A stretch of 64,000 bases of DNA from Azolla caroliniana (Eukaryota > Plantae > Polypodiophyta): the NCBI GenBank assembly GCA_043228905.1, contig JBHGNT010000003.1, positions 8,308,001-8,372,000 of the forward strand, in the 5' to 3' direction. The translations under genes and the position numbers were made by a program. Within the stretch, counting starts at the first letter, position 1. The number at the start of each line of letters is the position of its first letter. Below are positions 52,128-63,021 of the stretch, in pieces. A model generated the notes under the pieces. That model was not told the DNA's origin. It ran no database searches and was given only the letters and a program-made list of their open reading frames with translations.

Positions 52128-55100
52128 TCAGTCTTCCTCCAAATTATCAGGCAAACTCCGCTCCGAGGTTTCAAGTGTTGTTTTGCCTGTGCCGTCTCCG
52201 ACTTCCGATTGGATTGGCTGCCTTTTCGCATCTTGCTGCTCCGACTCTGCTTCTACCGGTAATACCGGTGTTTCTTCTGTATCCTGTCCGGGTCTGTCCT
52301 GCTCCACCTCCGTTCCGTTCCCGGTATCGCTCTCTCCGGTTTCCACTGGTTGTGTCCTTTCCTCCCCGGATTCGGTACTTCTCTGTCTCCACTCTGCATC
52401 ATCCCCGGCATCAACCTGCTCTTGCTCCGGAAGTTCTTCCTCGGGTAATTCTTGTCGGGGTGAATTGTCGGTTGGATCCTCTTCAGCCGGTCGCTCGCCC
52501 TCACTAATGGAGATCGGCGTTGTGTGTCCCTCGGCTTCCTGTCGCAGTCGGTCCTTCTCGTACCCTTCCAATTCTAGTTGGGTTTCGAGCTGTCCGTCAT
52601 CCAACCTCTCTACTAACCCTCGGATTTCCTTGAGATGCTCTTCTGCTAGAGCATAGAAATCCTCCGACAGTTCTTCCCGGATGTTGACGATACTTTCTTC
52701 GTCCATTTTATAGAACCCATCTCCGTTTTTCTTCCGATTTTCTGCATCAGCTCGGAGTATCTGCAGTTCAGCTGCCTGTTGTGCCCATTCCTTCCAGAGT
52801 TTCTCCGTGCTTTCATTTATGCTGGCCTGAGCTCGGGTACTCCAGCTTGACATGATGAACTTAATTCGGTCAACCCCTGCTTTAGCCTGTTCCGAAGCTG
52901 CTTGTTTTTCCTTCCTTATCCGTTTGATGATGTCGGCCATTAACTGAGCTTGAGCTTCAGAGTCGACTTTTTGCTTGTCACAGGTACTCCGCCATTTGTT
53001 GATTTCGAAAGTCAACTTCACTTTCTCCTCATTCCTGCTCTTTGTCAGCTCCCCTACTTTTTGCCGAAGTACTTCCATCTCCTTTCTTTGTTCCGACGTC
53101 AAGGTCTTCTCCGCCGATACTTCCTCCCTTCCTTTGGACAAATTCCAAGCGGTTTTCCTTGAGCTGCTCTTTCAGCTTCTCTATCTGTCGGTCGTACGTT
53201 GCTGCCTGATTCTTGATGTCCGACGTGGCCTGTTTATAATCCTTACATAGTCTGTCGAATTCCTCCGTCTTCTGTTTTAGGCGTCGGTTCGCCTGAGCTC
53301 GCAACTGATCATCCCGGTCCTTTTGTTGTCGGAGTTCCTCTCGCAACCGCTCAATTTCCTGCTCCATTCGTCGGCGCAGCCTATCTTTTTCCTTTTGCAG
53401 TGTCCCGTTTTCTTCTTGTAGTCGGTCATTGGTGGCTTTGCTTCGGCGAAGGCCTTCCTCCATTCGCCGTCTGTCGTCTTCTACCAACTTCCGCTGCTCT
53501 CTTTCGTTATCTCTCAATGCCTCCGGAGCCTGTAATTCTTCTTTCAAAGTTGCTATTAACTTCTCGGTCTCAGGGCCGGTTTGCAAGGCCATCTCCGTTT
53601 CTGGTTCGGCTTGCTTTTCAGATGTCCCGACCGGCTCGGTGCCATCTTGTGCTTGTCGGCTGCCTTCTTTTGCCTGTGCTAGCTCTTCTTGCAGCTCATG
53701 TAATTGTGCCCGGAGCATGACCATATCCTTAGTCATCGTCCTAGTCACTTCTTCTCTTTGCTCCTCCTCTTTCTCCATCTGGTCTGCTACTCCCGACAAC
53801 TGTCCTGACAACCACCTTAGCCATTGTGCCTTTGTTCTGCCTTCGTTGGTGTCAGCAGGCGTGCCTAGCTCCGGCTGTTTTTCCGGCTGTTTCTCCGGCC
53901 TCTTCTCTTGTTCCGGCGCTTGTTCCTTTCTTTGTTCTTCGAACTCCGCCGCCGTCGGTTCCGGTACTGCCGTCTTTGGTGCAGACGGACCTTCATCCTG
54001 TGTCGCTTCTGTTCCGGTTACTGGAGGCGGTTCTTTTGCCCTTTGCTGAGTTCCGTCCGCTGTTGGGGTCGGTCTTGTCGCTCGTTTCTCCTTTCCTTGC
54101 CTGGGTGGTAGTATTAACATCGGTTCGGATGAGTCTTCCTCTGTTTCAGCGTCCTCCGTCGGTGCCACTATTGGTTCCTTTACTGGTACCGGTTCCGATT
54201 CGAGCGTTACTGGTTCGGTGTCAGTTTGCCTCTTGCTGGTCTTCTTTGCCACCTTCTCCTTGCCTTTTTCCGCCTTTTTCTTCTTCGTTGTCGGTTGTTG
54301 TTGCTGTTTCTGTGGCTGCCGTGATGAGCCTTCCTCCCGTTGCTGTCGGGAGGAGTCTTCTTCCCTCGGTTGTCGAGATGAGCCTTCTTTCCGCGGCTGT
54401 CGGGATGATCCCTCTTCTGGCGGCGCTTCTTCTTCCTGTGTCCATCCTGGGGTGTGTTTCTCTAGTATTCGCCGGCGCTTCATGGTTTGCTTCGGGGTAG
54501 TCTCCTGCCGACTTCTTTGCTTGTGCTTGATGGGGGACACCGGTGGGACCAACACTGTTAACCATTGGGATATTCCGGCCCATGGCTTCTTCCCTTCCAC
54601 CAAGTGCTTTATCGCCTCTTTCAGTCCTTCGGTGATGAAGTGGAGCCAGTCCACCTGCAGGCCTTCGAATGTCGCGATGACGATCGCTGCTCGGTATTTG
54701 GCTATGGCTGCCGGACGAGGGTTCACGAACCCGTACTCCATCAGGGCGCGGGCCACCTCTCCGAACAGCAGGTTTTCTCCGCCCTGTGTGCGATACGCCT
54801 TGCTGCTAAGGGAGTATTCGCCGAAATACTCGAAGAATATTTGGCTCGAGGGTAGCTCTATCGTCTGAAGTCCTCCCTCCGAAATCCCTGTGAGCGCTTG
54901 TACCGCTCCTTCAGTGACCTCTGCTAAGTCCACCGCTGTTGCCGCCTGCTCTGGTTCCTTGTGTGGTGGAGCGTCAGCGACCCGCAGCAGCCCTCCTAAT
55001 CCGTTCTCTGTCAGCCATTGTCGCGCTCCGTCCGACAGTGCCATCGCTTCTTCTTCGTCTGCTGCTGCCTGTGGTCTGAGGTCGGGGTGTAGGTGTTCTG

Positions 55101-55248
55101 CGCGTCGGATCTTGTTGTCTTGAGCCTGCGTTTGCTTGTGGGAAAATTCGTAAAAAGTGAACCCTTCCCCGGTTCTTCCTTTATATAGTGGCGTTTCCCT
55201 CGAGCCGTCTTTTCCTGTTTTTCGCGCGTCCCCTGCCATAATTAGCAT
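52128..55248 (-). pseudogene. C3 extra ORF (~1039 aa if a 1-nt frameshift near 53143 is repaired)
   Basis: ORFs 53029..55248 and 52128..53141; one extra base relative to C2. Confidence 0.88.
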
Positions 55249-55605
55249 GTCACTCTTTAATTTTTGACGGCTACACGTGTTCTGCCATAATTAGCATGTA
55301 ACTTTTTAATTTTGACGGTTGCACGTGTTCTGCCTATTTTTGGCGCCTCCGCATGCTGTGTCATGAATAGTATGTCTGTCCTTTGCTGCCGCGTGTCATG
55401 CTTGCGTTTCTTTGCCGCGTGTGTCGAATCTCCTACGTGTCTGTCATTATGACTCCTTAATTGACGCGCATTTTAAATCCTGTACCTCGGCCCCCCACGT
55501 TCTGTGCTTTAAATAGCTCGTGCACCCGTCTGACGGTTGTAACTACCTCCTTCATCATTACCATGATTTTCTTGATCTTCTTGACCCTAGCACCACGTCA
55601 TCATT

Positions 55606-55643
<38 letters not shown>

Positions 55644-55651
55644 ATGCCGCA

Positions 55652-58600
55652 TCATTGTTCGGTTCCCCCCGATGTGTTCGGGTCGGTGCGCACTGTTGTC
55701 GGTTCCTCGTCGTTGTTACGCGTCGGTGTCGGTTCCTCGCCATTCGGGTTTTCCGGGTCTTGCTTGAAGGGGTTAGCTGGCATGTGCCCCTTATACGGTT
55801 TTAGGCGAAAACCATTTGCCCATTTGCCCACAACTTCTCCTGACAACGTCCCGAGCTGGTAAGACCCATTGTACTCCTTTGTGATCCAGAATGGTCCGGT
55901 CCACCGAAATCGCAATTTCCCTGGCATGCTCCCCATCCTTGTCTGGAACAGTAATACCGGTTTCCCGATCTCGAATTCCTTTTCGTTACCGCGCCGGTGT
56001 CGGTCTACAAAGGCTTTCCTCCTCCTTTGCTCTAGTTCTAGCTGTAGCAGGCTGGCTATTCGATTTTCTTCCAGTTTTAACAGCATCTTCAGCCGGATTC
56101 GTTCGGATTCCTTCTCGCTTAACCGCTCCTTAACCTGTATTCTTAAGCTAGGAATTTGGAATTCTACTGGCATGACTGCTTCCAAGCCGAATGCCAGTCG
56201 GAACGGGGTCGTCCGGATGCTAGTCTTGTACGCCGTTCGGTACGCCCACAGCACGCTCTGCAACTTCGTGTCCCAGTCGGTCCGGTTCTCATTGACGATT
56301 TTTCTAAGGATGTTCTGTAGCGTTTTGTTTGTTGATTCCGCTAATCCGTTGGCTTGAGGGTAGTAGGGAGTGCTTCGTTTGTGTACTACCGCATAGAATG
56401 ATGTCAAACTTCCCACCACCTGCCCGAGGAAATGTCCTCCCTGGTCACTGATCAGCTCAATCGGGCATCCGTACCGACACCATATGCATTCATATAAAAA
56501 TTTGGCCGTGGACGCCGCCGTGTTGTCCCGTAGTGCCTTTGCTTCTACCCATTTGGTGCAGTAGTCGGTAGCCACTATTATATACCGATTTCCGGTCCGC
56601 ATTGCCGGTGGCTTAAAGGGGCCGACAAAGTCCAAGCCCCACTTTTGGAATGGTTCTAATGGCAAGACCGGGTGATGTGGCATCCGGGCCTGCTCCGTGG
56701 GTTGGCCCAGTCGTTGACACAGGTCGCATTCCCTGCTATACTTAACGGCATCTCTCATGGTAGTCGGCCACCATAGTCCGCTCTGCCATATCTTCCGGGC
56801 TGTTGTTTCGCCGGCATAATGCCCGCCTGCAATTCCACAGTGGGCTTCCCTCAGGATCAGATCCTTTTCATCGCTCCGCACTGCTCGCCTCCATACGCCA
56901 TCTGCCCCCTTGTGATAGAGGGTGTCTCCTACCAAGCAGAAATGTCTGCTCCGTACTGCCATCCTCTTCCGTTCGTCTCGGTCCAGGTTTTCCGGGGGAA
57001 CTCCGGTGCTCAGGAACTGATGCATTTCGGTTAACCATTTGTCTTCGTCCGCTACTGTGGTTTCCGTTGCCGGTGCCGTCGTGACCTTAAACAGCTCGGC
57101 GTCGGGAAATTCGTCCTGTACGCCGTCCCCTGATTCTCCGGATTCTAGTCTGCTCAGGTAGTCTGCTACCGCATGCTGCACCCCGGGTCGGTGGAAAATG
57201 TCGAATTCGAATTCCTGTAATAGCAGCGTCCACCGTGCGAGTTTTCCTGTCAGGGCTGCCTTTGACACCAGGTAGAGTAGCGCCGAGTGGTCAACGTGGA
57301 AGGAGAACTTTCGTCCGAGCAGATAGTGCCTGTACTTTGTGACGCTGTACACCATTCCTAATGCCTCTCGTTCCGTTGTAGAGTAGTTCCGTTCGGCTTT
57401 CGAGAGTTTCCTGCTTGCGTAGTACACCGGCCGATACCATTTCGGTTCCGTGAGTTGCATCAAAACGCTGCCGATTGCTACGTCCGACGCGTCGACGAAG
57501 ACGTGAAAGCTTTTACTCCAGTCCGGCGGCTGCACCACCGGAGCTTGTGACAGCATGACCTGCAACGCTTGGTAGGCTGCCTCCTCCGTTTCTGTCCATT
57601 GGAAAGGTACTCTATGTACAGCAGCGTGCAATGGTGTCGCAAAGTCGGCAAGGTGCCGTATCATCCGACTATGCCACCTTATTTGACCAAGGAATCGGCT
57701 TAAAGCTTTTGCGCTATTCGGTGCCGGTGCGTCGAGAATTGCTTTTACCTTATCCGGATCTACCGCGATTCCTTCTTGACTCACCACGTGGCCTAACAAA
57801 TTGCCGCTTGCGACTCCAAAGACGCACTTAGCCGGGTTCAGAGTTAATCGGTACTCGCGGCACTTTTCTAAGCATAGTCGTAGGTGATCGAGATGCTCTC
57901 CGTGTCGGCTGTAGACGGCGAAATCGTCTAGGAAGACCTGCATAAAACCGGGAATAAAATCACCGAAGATTTCCATAATTATCCTTTGAAATGTTGCAGG
58001 GGCTGTCTTTAATCCGAACATCATCACGACCGCGACGAACACTCCCCATTCCGTCACGAACGCTGTTTTCTCTTGGTCGGCCGGGTTCATTCGGATTTGG
58101 TTGTAGCCGCTGAATCCGTCCAGGAAGCTGTAAACTTCGTGGCCGGCCACCGCATCTAGCACTCCGTCCGTGAATGGTAGTGGAAAAGCGTCGGTCACTG
58201 TCGCGGCATTTAGTTTCCTGTAGTCCACACATACCCGGATTTTGCCGTTCTTTTTCGGGACCACGACTATCGGGCTTAGCCAGGTTGCCTGCTTGACTGG
58301 TCGGATAAATCCGACCCGGAGGAGCTTGTCAATTTCCTCCTTCACCTTTGCCGCATAGTTTGGATTCATCCGGTACCGACGTTGAGCGATGGGTTTCGCG
58401 TCAGTACTTAGATGAATTTGGTGCTGGTAGAGCTGGGGGTCCAACCCTCGCATGTCTTCGTATGACCATGCGAACACGTCCTTGAAATCCGTTAACAGTG
58501 CTACCATTGCCTGTTTTTCCTCCTTTGGCAATTCCTTCGCGACTTTTACCGGTCGGGGTTGTTCTGTTGTGCCGAGGTCCACCTCTTCCAGCTGAGATGC

Positions 58601-61480
58601 TTTCACCCTTTGGGATATCGTCATTTCTCTTTCTAGGGCTTCCTGTGCTTGGCGTAGTTCCCGGATCACCACTTTGTCCGGCTCGTCCGGCATTGTGATG
58701 TACGGCTCTACCGCTGCCGTGATATCCACCTCAAAAAGTGGGACGATCTGTGGGTGTTCCTCGAGGTACCGATCAACTTCCTCATCCGGTAAGCCCTCCA
58801 ACATGTTGATGCTTTCGGCATATAAAGGGGTTGCCTCCTTGCTAGTGAGCACCCGTGGTTGCGTGGCTACCCGTACCTTTGTTTTCCCTCGTCGGAACGT
58901 GATCATATTCTTTTGCCAGTTTTGCTTGATATGCGCCGTTCGCAGCCATGGTCGTCCTAACAGTAGGGGATATGCGCCTTGTACATTCAGCTCTAGTACC
59001 ACGGCCGATATTCGGAATACGTGGCCTCCTATTGTTACTTCCAAGTCCCGGATAAGACCAGTTGGTCGGACTGAGCTTGTATCCGCCATGCGTAACCAGA
59101 AGGGGCATGGTTCCCACTCTTGGATGCCTAGGTCGTCGCATGTCTGTCGACTAATGACGTTCACCCCGGAGCCTCCGTCAATAATTGTTCCTGGAATCTC
59201 CTTTCCTTTGACGATTGTCGTGATTGCTGGGCTACTGGTATCAACCACCGCTGGGCCTTCCTCCGGGTTGGAGAAAAATGCCGGTGCCGGCGTCGGCGTT
59301 GGTTTGCTCACAGCGGCTTGTAAGTCTGCTGTAAACCGCGGCACCAACTGTAGTAACCGTGCCAACGGCAGCACGATCTGACAATCTTGTAGTGCTTGCC
59401 ATGTCGGGTTTTCTCCTGGCTGTACGATTTCCTCCTCCCTTGGCATATTTTGGTTTCTTACTTCCGCCGCACCTTGTTCGTTGGCTTCTTTGATCCATTG
59501 TGCCGCTTGTTTTCTGATTGCTTCCTGGGCTTCCCATTCGGCGGCCTTCCCTTTCGACCGCGTGGTAACCTGCTGTACTTCGGCTGTCACCATGTTGACT
59601 GCTGGCTGCTTGTCGGCTGTTTTGCTTGGGCATTGATTACTGTAATGCCCTTCTTTTCGGCAGTAATAACAGTACACTCTGTGCGTGTTGCTGGATTCTC
59701 CTTTTTCCCATGTTTGGGGGAGGGGCATTCCCCGGCGGTTGTCCTCGGTTTTTTTGTTCTCCGGTGCCGCTACTGGTTTGTCATTCCTTGTTGCCTCCCA
59801 ACGCTCCTCTCTACGGAAGAATCCACGCCTTTGGTTCCGTCGGAAATTCCGGTTCCCTGGCCGCCTTTCTTCTCTGCGTCGCTCATATTCTGGGGATTCG
59901 TCTCGGTCGTACCGGTCCCGGGGGTAGCTATCCCTTCGGTTCTCCTCTCGGTCGTACCGGTCCCGGGGGTAGCTATCCCTTCGGTTCTCCTCTCGGTCAT
60001 AGCTGTCGCGTCTTCTATCGGGGTATCTGTCGCCGCGTTCTCGTCGGTAGCGGTCGTCCCTCCGGAATTGATCCTCTTCCGGGTCCCGATTGCGCGGTTC
60101 GATGTGTCGGACCGGTGCCGCTTGTCGAGTTAACAGGTTATACTCGCATTGGTTCGTTGTGTGGGCGCGAGAATTGCATATCATGCACTGTGCGCGCAGG
60201 GTGCAGTCAACGGTCGAGTGCCCCGAATTTAGGCATGTTGTGCATTGTAGGGCTTGTCGGAACCGGAGGTCCTCCTCCTTCGGAAGCGCCTGGTGTAACG
60301 CCCCCATCGGCAAGAAGGGGCTCGTGTTGTCCATTTCCAGGACCCGATCAATGACTTGGTCCATTGTGCTGGTGCTGAAATCGATGATTCCACACATCGC
60401 TCGAAGTGGGTCTTTTAACGCAGCCAAAAAGACTGCCTTGGCCTCCTCTTCGGGTGGTGCTCTTGCTAATTGACTGTGCAAGGTCTGGAAACGAATGATA
60501 AATTGTGGGACCGTCTCGTTTTCTCCCTGCCGAGTGGTGTAGAATTGTCCGACCAATTCCCTTTGTTCCACTCGTCTATGAAACAAGCGTAAAAACTGGG
60601 TTTTCAATGCCTCGAACGTGGCGAAGCTGCCTGGTAAGTGCTTGTCGTGCCACCGGGCCGCCGGTCCTTCTAATGTCATGCCGAATTCGGCGACTTTGGA
60701 TCGGTCGGCCTCGGGCTCCGTCAGTCTCTGGGACACGTGGTTGGCTTCCCATGTTCGCAGGAATGCATACACATGTGCCTCTCCGTCGGGCTCATCCCGA
60801 TACTTTGGGTATGGATACGGCATCGTGTCGTCCCACTGATTCTCCTGCGCTGGTTCCTCCGATGTCGGTCTCCGCTCCTGCGGTTCCTCCGCAGGTGGTG
60901 TTGGTATCCGCTCCTGCGGTTCCTCCGCGGGTGGTGTTGATAACCGCTCCTGCGGTTCCTCCGCGGGTGGTGTTGATAACCGCTCCTGCGGTTCCTCCGC
61001 GGGTGGTGTTGATAACCGCTCCTGCGGTTCCTCCGCGGGTGGTGTTGGTATCCGCTCCTCCCTCCTCGGCGATTGCCGGTCACCGAACTCCAGAGTTAGT
61101 TCCTCCTCTGGCTCCGATGTTGCTGAGTGATCCGACTCAAAGGGGTTGTTCTCGTGCCTGCTTTTATAGCGGGATCCCACGCTTTCCCCGCTATCCGAAT
61201 CCGCCTCTAATGTTGCAAATGCTGCTGCGTCCCCGTCGCCGCCAGCGAGAGTCTGTAGTAGTGTCTCCGCTTCTTGGAGGCTGGTTATGCTACTGCCTTC
61301 GTCGGAAGCTTGTAGAACCTGGAACTGCAGAGCGTTTTCTGCGATTTGCCGAAGCGTTTTTGAGAATGACCGATCGCTCCAGATCTCGTCGACGGCTTGC
61401 TGCAGGGCTTCCCGTCGTCGCTGCCGTTCGGCGTGGCGTCTCTCTCTTTCGGTGATGTGGTCGTTATTTTGTCTAGACAT
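55652..61480 (-). CDS. gag-pol: Intact Gag-Pol polyprotein (1942 aa from the first ATG after the PBS)
   Basis: Uninterrupted ORF: gag, CCHC knuckles, protease, RT (FLDD), RNase H, integrase. No chromodomain or second RNase H was recognised. Confidence 0.95.
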   Translation of the reverse strand: MSRQNNDHITERERRHAERQRRREALQQAVDEIWSDRSFSKTLRQIAENALQFQVLQASDEGSSITSLQEAETLLQTLAGGDGDAAAFATLEADSDSGESVGSRYKSRHENNPFESDHSATSEPEEELTLEFGDRQSPRREERIPTPPAEEPQERLSTPPAEEPQERLSTPPAEEPQERLSTPPAEEPQERIPTPPAEEPQERRPTSEEPAQENQWDDTMPYPYPKYRDEPDGEAHVYAFLRTWEANHVSQRLTEPEADRSKVAEFGMTLEGPAARWHDKHLPGSFATFEALKTQFLRLFHRRVEQRELVGQFYTTRQGENETVPQFIIRFQTLHSQLARAPPEEEAKAVFLAALKDPLRAMCGIIDFSTSTMDQVIDRVLEMDNTSPFLPMGALHQALPKEEDLRFRQALQCTTCLNSGHSTVDCTLRAQCMICNSRAHTTNQCEYNLLTRQAAPVRHIEPRNRDPEEDQFRRDDRYRRERGDRYPDRRRDSYDREENRRDSYPRDRYDREENRRDSYPRDRYDRDESPEYERRREERRPGNRNFRRNQRRGFFRREERWEATRNDKPVAAPENKKTEDNRRGMPLPQTWEKGESSNTHRVYCYYCRKEGHYSNQCPSKTADKQPAVNMVTAEVQQVTTRSKGKAAEWEAQEAIRKQAAQWIKEANEQGAAEVRNQNMPREEEIVQPGENPTWQALQDCQIVLPLARLLQLVPRFTADLQAAVSKPTPTPAPAFFSNPEEGPAVVDTSSPAITTIVKGKEIPGTIIDGGSGVNVISRQTCDDLGIQEWEPCPFWLRMADTSSVRPTGLIRDLEVTIGGHVFRISAVVLELNVQGAYPLLLGRPWLRTAHIKQNWQKNMITFRRGKTKVRVATQPRVLTSKEATPLYAESINMLEGLPDEEVDRYLEEHPQIVPLFEVDITAAVEPYITMPDEPDKVVIRELRQAQEALEREMTISQRVKASQLEEVDLGTTEQPRPVKVAKELPKEEKQAMVALLTDFKDVFAWSYEDMRGLDPQLYQHQIHLSTDAKPIAQRRYRMNPNYAAKVKEEIDKLLRVGFIRPVKQATWLSPIVVVPKKNGKIRVCVDYRKLNAATVTDAFPLPFTDGVLDAVAGHEVYSFLDGFSGYNQIRMNPADQEKTAFVTEWGVFVAVVMMFGLKTAPATFQRIIMEIFGDFIPGFMQVFLDDFAVYSRHGEHLDHLRLCLEKCREYRLTLNPAKCVFGVASGNLLGHVVSQEGIAVDPDKVKAILDAPAPNSAKALSRFLGQIRWHSRMIRHLADFATPLHAAVHRVPFQWTETEEAAYQALQVMLSQAPVVQPPDWSKSFHVFVDASDVAIGSVLMQLTEPKWYRPVYYASRKLSKAERNYSTTEREALGMVYSVTKYRHYLLGRKFSFHVDHSALLYLVSKAALTGKLARWTLLLQEFEFDIFHRPGVQHAVADYLSRLESGESGDGVQDEFPDAELFKVTTAPATETTVADEDKWLTEMHQFLSTGVPPENLDRDERKRMAVRSRHFCLVGDTLYHKGADGVWRRAVRSDEKDLILREAHCGIAGGHYAGETTARKIWQSGLWWPTTMRDAVKYSRECDLCQRLGQPTEQARMPHHPVLPLEPFQKWGLDFVGPFKPPAMRTGNRYIIVATDYCTKWVEAKALRDNTAASTAKFLYECIWCRYGCPIELISDQGGHFLGQVVGSLTSFYAVVHKRSTPYYPQANGLAESTNKTLQNILRKIVNENRTDWDTKLQSVLWAYRTAYKTSIRTTPFRLAFGLEAVMPVEFQIPSLRIQVKERLSEKESERIRLKMLLKLEENRIASLLQLELEQRRRKAFVDRHRRGNEKEFEIGKPVLLFQTRMGSMPGKLRFRWTGPFWITKEYNGSYQLGTLSGEVVGKWANGFRLKPYKGHMPANPFKQDPENPNGEEPTPTRNNDEEPTTVRTDPNTSGGTEQ

Positions 61481-61532
61481 CCATCCCCCGGTTGTCCTCT
61501 GCACTCTGCAGGAATCGTGGTCGCCAAAATAG

Positions 61533-61902
61533 TGTTGTATGTATGGCTGGACTAGCCGCAACACAGGTGTCTATCCGACACTTCTCCAAAGGGTGGTAGG
61601 GATAGGATGTTAATACACGCGTATGATAATTACACTTAAGCACAGACGAAGACAAGATTAATCAGCATAAGCAAAACTATATTAATTCTTCGCGCTTTCA
61701 TTACAAAACATCGGATCCTTTTATAGGCATCCGGCCAGATTACAATCGGTGCTCGGTAGGCAACCGTTAACCGAAACCGAATCGGTTCGGATCCGGATCG
61801 GTTACAACTACCGGATCCGTCCCTCCTAATAATTCTATTCCTATTTCTATATTTATCCGATCCGACCTTGCTTTCCCATTTGCCTTCTCTGACCGGCCAA
61901 CA
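61533..61902 (-). repeat. 5' LTR of C3
   Basis: Repeat of 51708-52077. Confidence 0.96.
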
Positions 61903-61907
61903 GATGG

Positions 61908-62545
61908 TCGCGACACGGCCTGACATTTCTCACGCCGTAGGAGTCGTTAGCAGATTTATGCACAATCCTGGCCGATCGCATTGGAACGCAGTCAAGCATG
62001 TGTTCAGATATCTGGCTGGCACAAAAGACCACGGCATTCTTTTCGGTCCGAACCGAACCTCAGGCGTAGTCGGTTACACCGACTCGGACTTCGCCGGCTG
62101 TATAGACAGTCGGAAATCAACAACCGGATACTGCTTCAAATTCGGCAATGGAGCAATTTCGTGGAAGTCGAAACTTCAGGAGTGCACAGCGACCTCAACG
62201 ACCGAAGCAGAATATGTAGCTGCGTCCGACGTAGCAAAAGAAGCCTTATGGCTCGGTCGGCTGGCGCACACGTTTCGGCAAGTCGATCATGACTCGGCCC
62301 CAGTTGTCTATAGCGACAGTCAAGGTGCTGTTGCCTTGTCGAAAAATCCGGTTCACCACAACGCCTCCAAACATATCGACGTTCGATATCACTTCGTTCG
62401 GGACTGCGTCATTTCAGGGAAAATCGGTCTAGAGAAAATATCCACAACCGACAATGTCGCAGATGGAATGACCAAGTGTCTTTCGGCAGACCGCTTTCGG
62501 TCTCTTCGGCATCAGATGGGCGTAACGACAAACCAGTCCGGTTAG
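61908..62545 (+). pseudogene. pol: D end of RT and RNase H
   Basis: ATRPDI, GYTDSDFAG, STTEAEY, KHIDVRYHFVR, ADGMTK. Confidence 0.95.
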
Positions 62546-62738
62546 AGCCGGACACAGAGCAGGATGGTTCCCGACAACCGACATCAGTTCCTTAATGATC
62601 GGCTTCAACTGTTCCGACCCGACCAGTTCGGTCTTCTGCCTTCGGACCCTGCCGACTCGAACAAAGCTGATATGTCCGAGAACCTAAGTCTATACCTGTA
62701 ATCTTAGATAACCCATGTATACGCCCATTACGGGGGAG

Positions 62739-63019
62739 TGTCGAATACATGTGTATAATGGACGTATTCACACTATCCCGAATGGCCATTTATGTAATTA
62801 GCATAAAGGGTAGTTGCCCTAAGTCGGTCACTATATATAGTGACCTTGTAACCTTTTTGTAAGGTTGGGTGTTGTATTATTGCTTTATGGAATAAGAAAG
62901 AGTCTTGTGTGTGTCTCTCTCTCTCTCTCTGTGCAACGACCTACAAATTGTCATACGCAGGTACTCAACAGCAATCGAATGCTTCTTGATCTTCCGCATA
63001 GACGACCTCGTCTCCAACA
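62739..63019 (+). repeat. 3' LTR of D
   Basis: Repeat of 37247-37527, followed by TSD agaag. Confidence 0.95.
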
Positions 63020-63021
63020 AG

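Larger units (their letters stand above)
51708..61902 (-). mobile_element. Element C3: gypsy with extra 3' ORF and intact gag-pol
   Basis: 370-bp LTRs, TSD gatgg, PBS 61515-61526. Confidence 0.97.
37247..63019 (+). mobile_element. Element D: Ty1/copia (Tnt1/Tork-like), interrupted by C2 and C3
   Basis: 281-bp LTRs with 2 mismatches seen, TSD agaag, Met-i PBS 37530-37541, PPT 62732-62738. Confidence 0.96.

Noticed and set aside
26026-61532. Many antisense and overlapping ORFs of 60-360 aa
   Set aside because: They are shadows of GC-rich coding frames and recur only because the elements are copies of each other.
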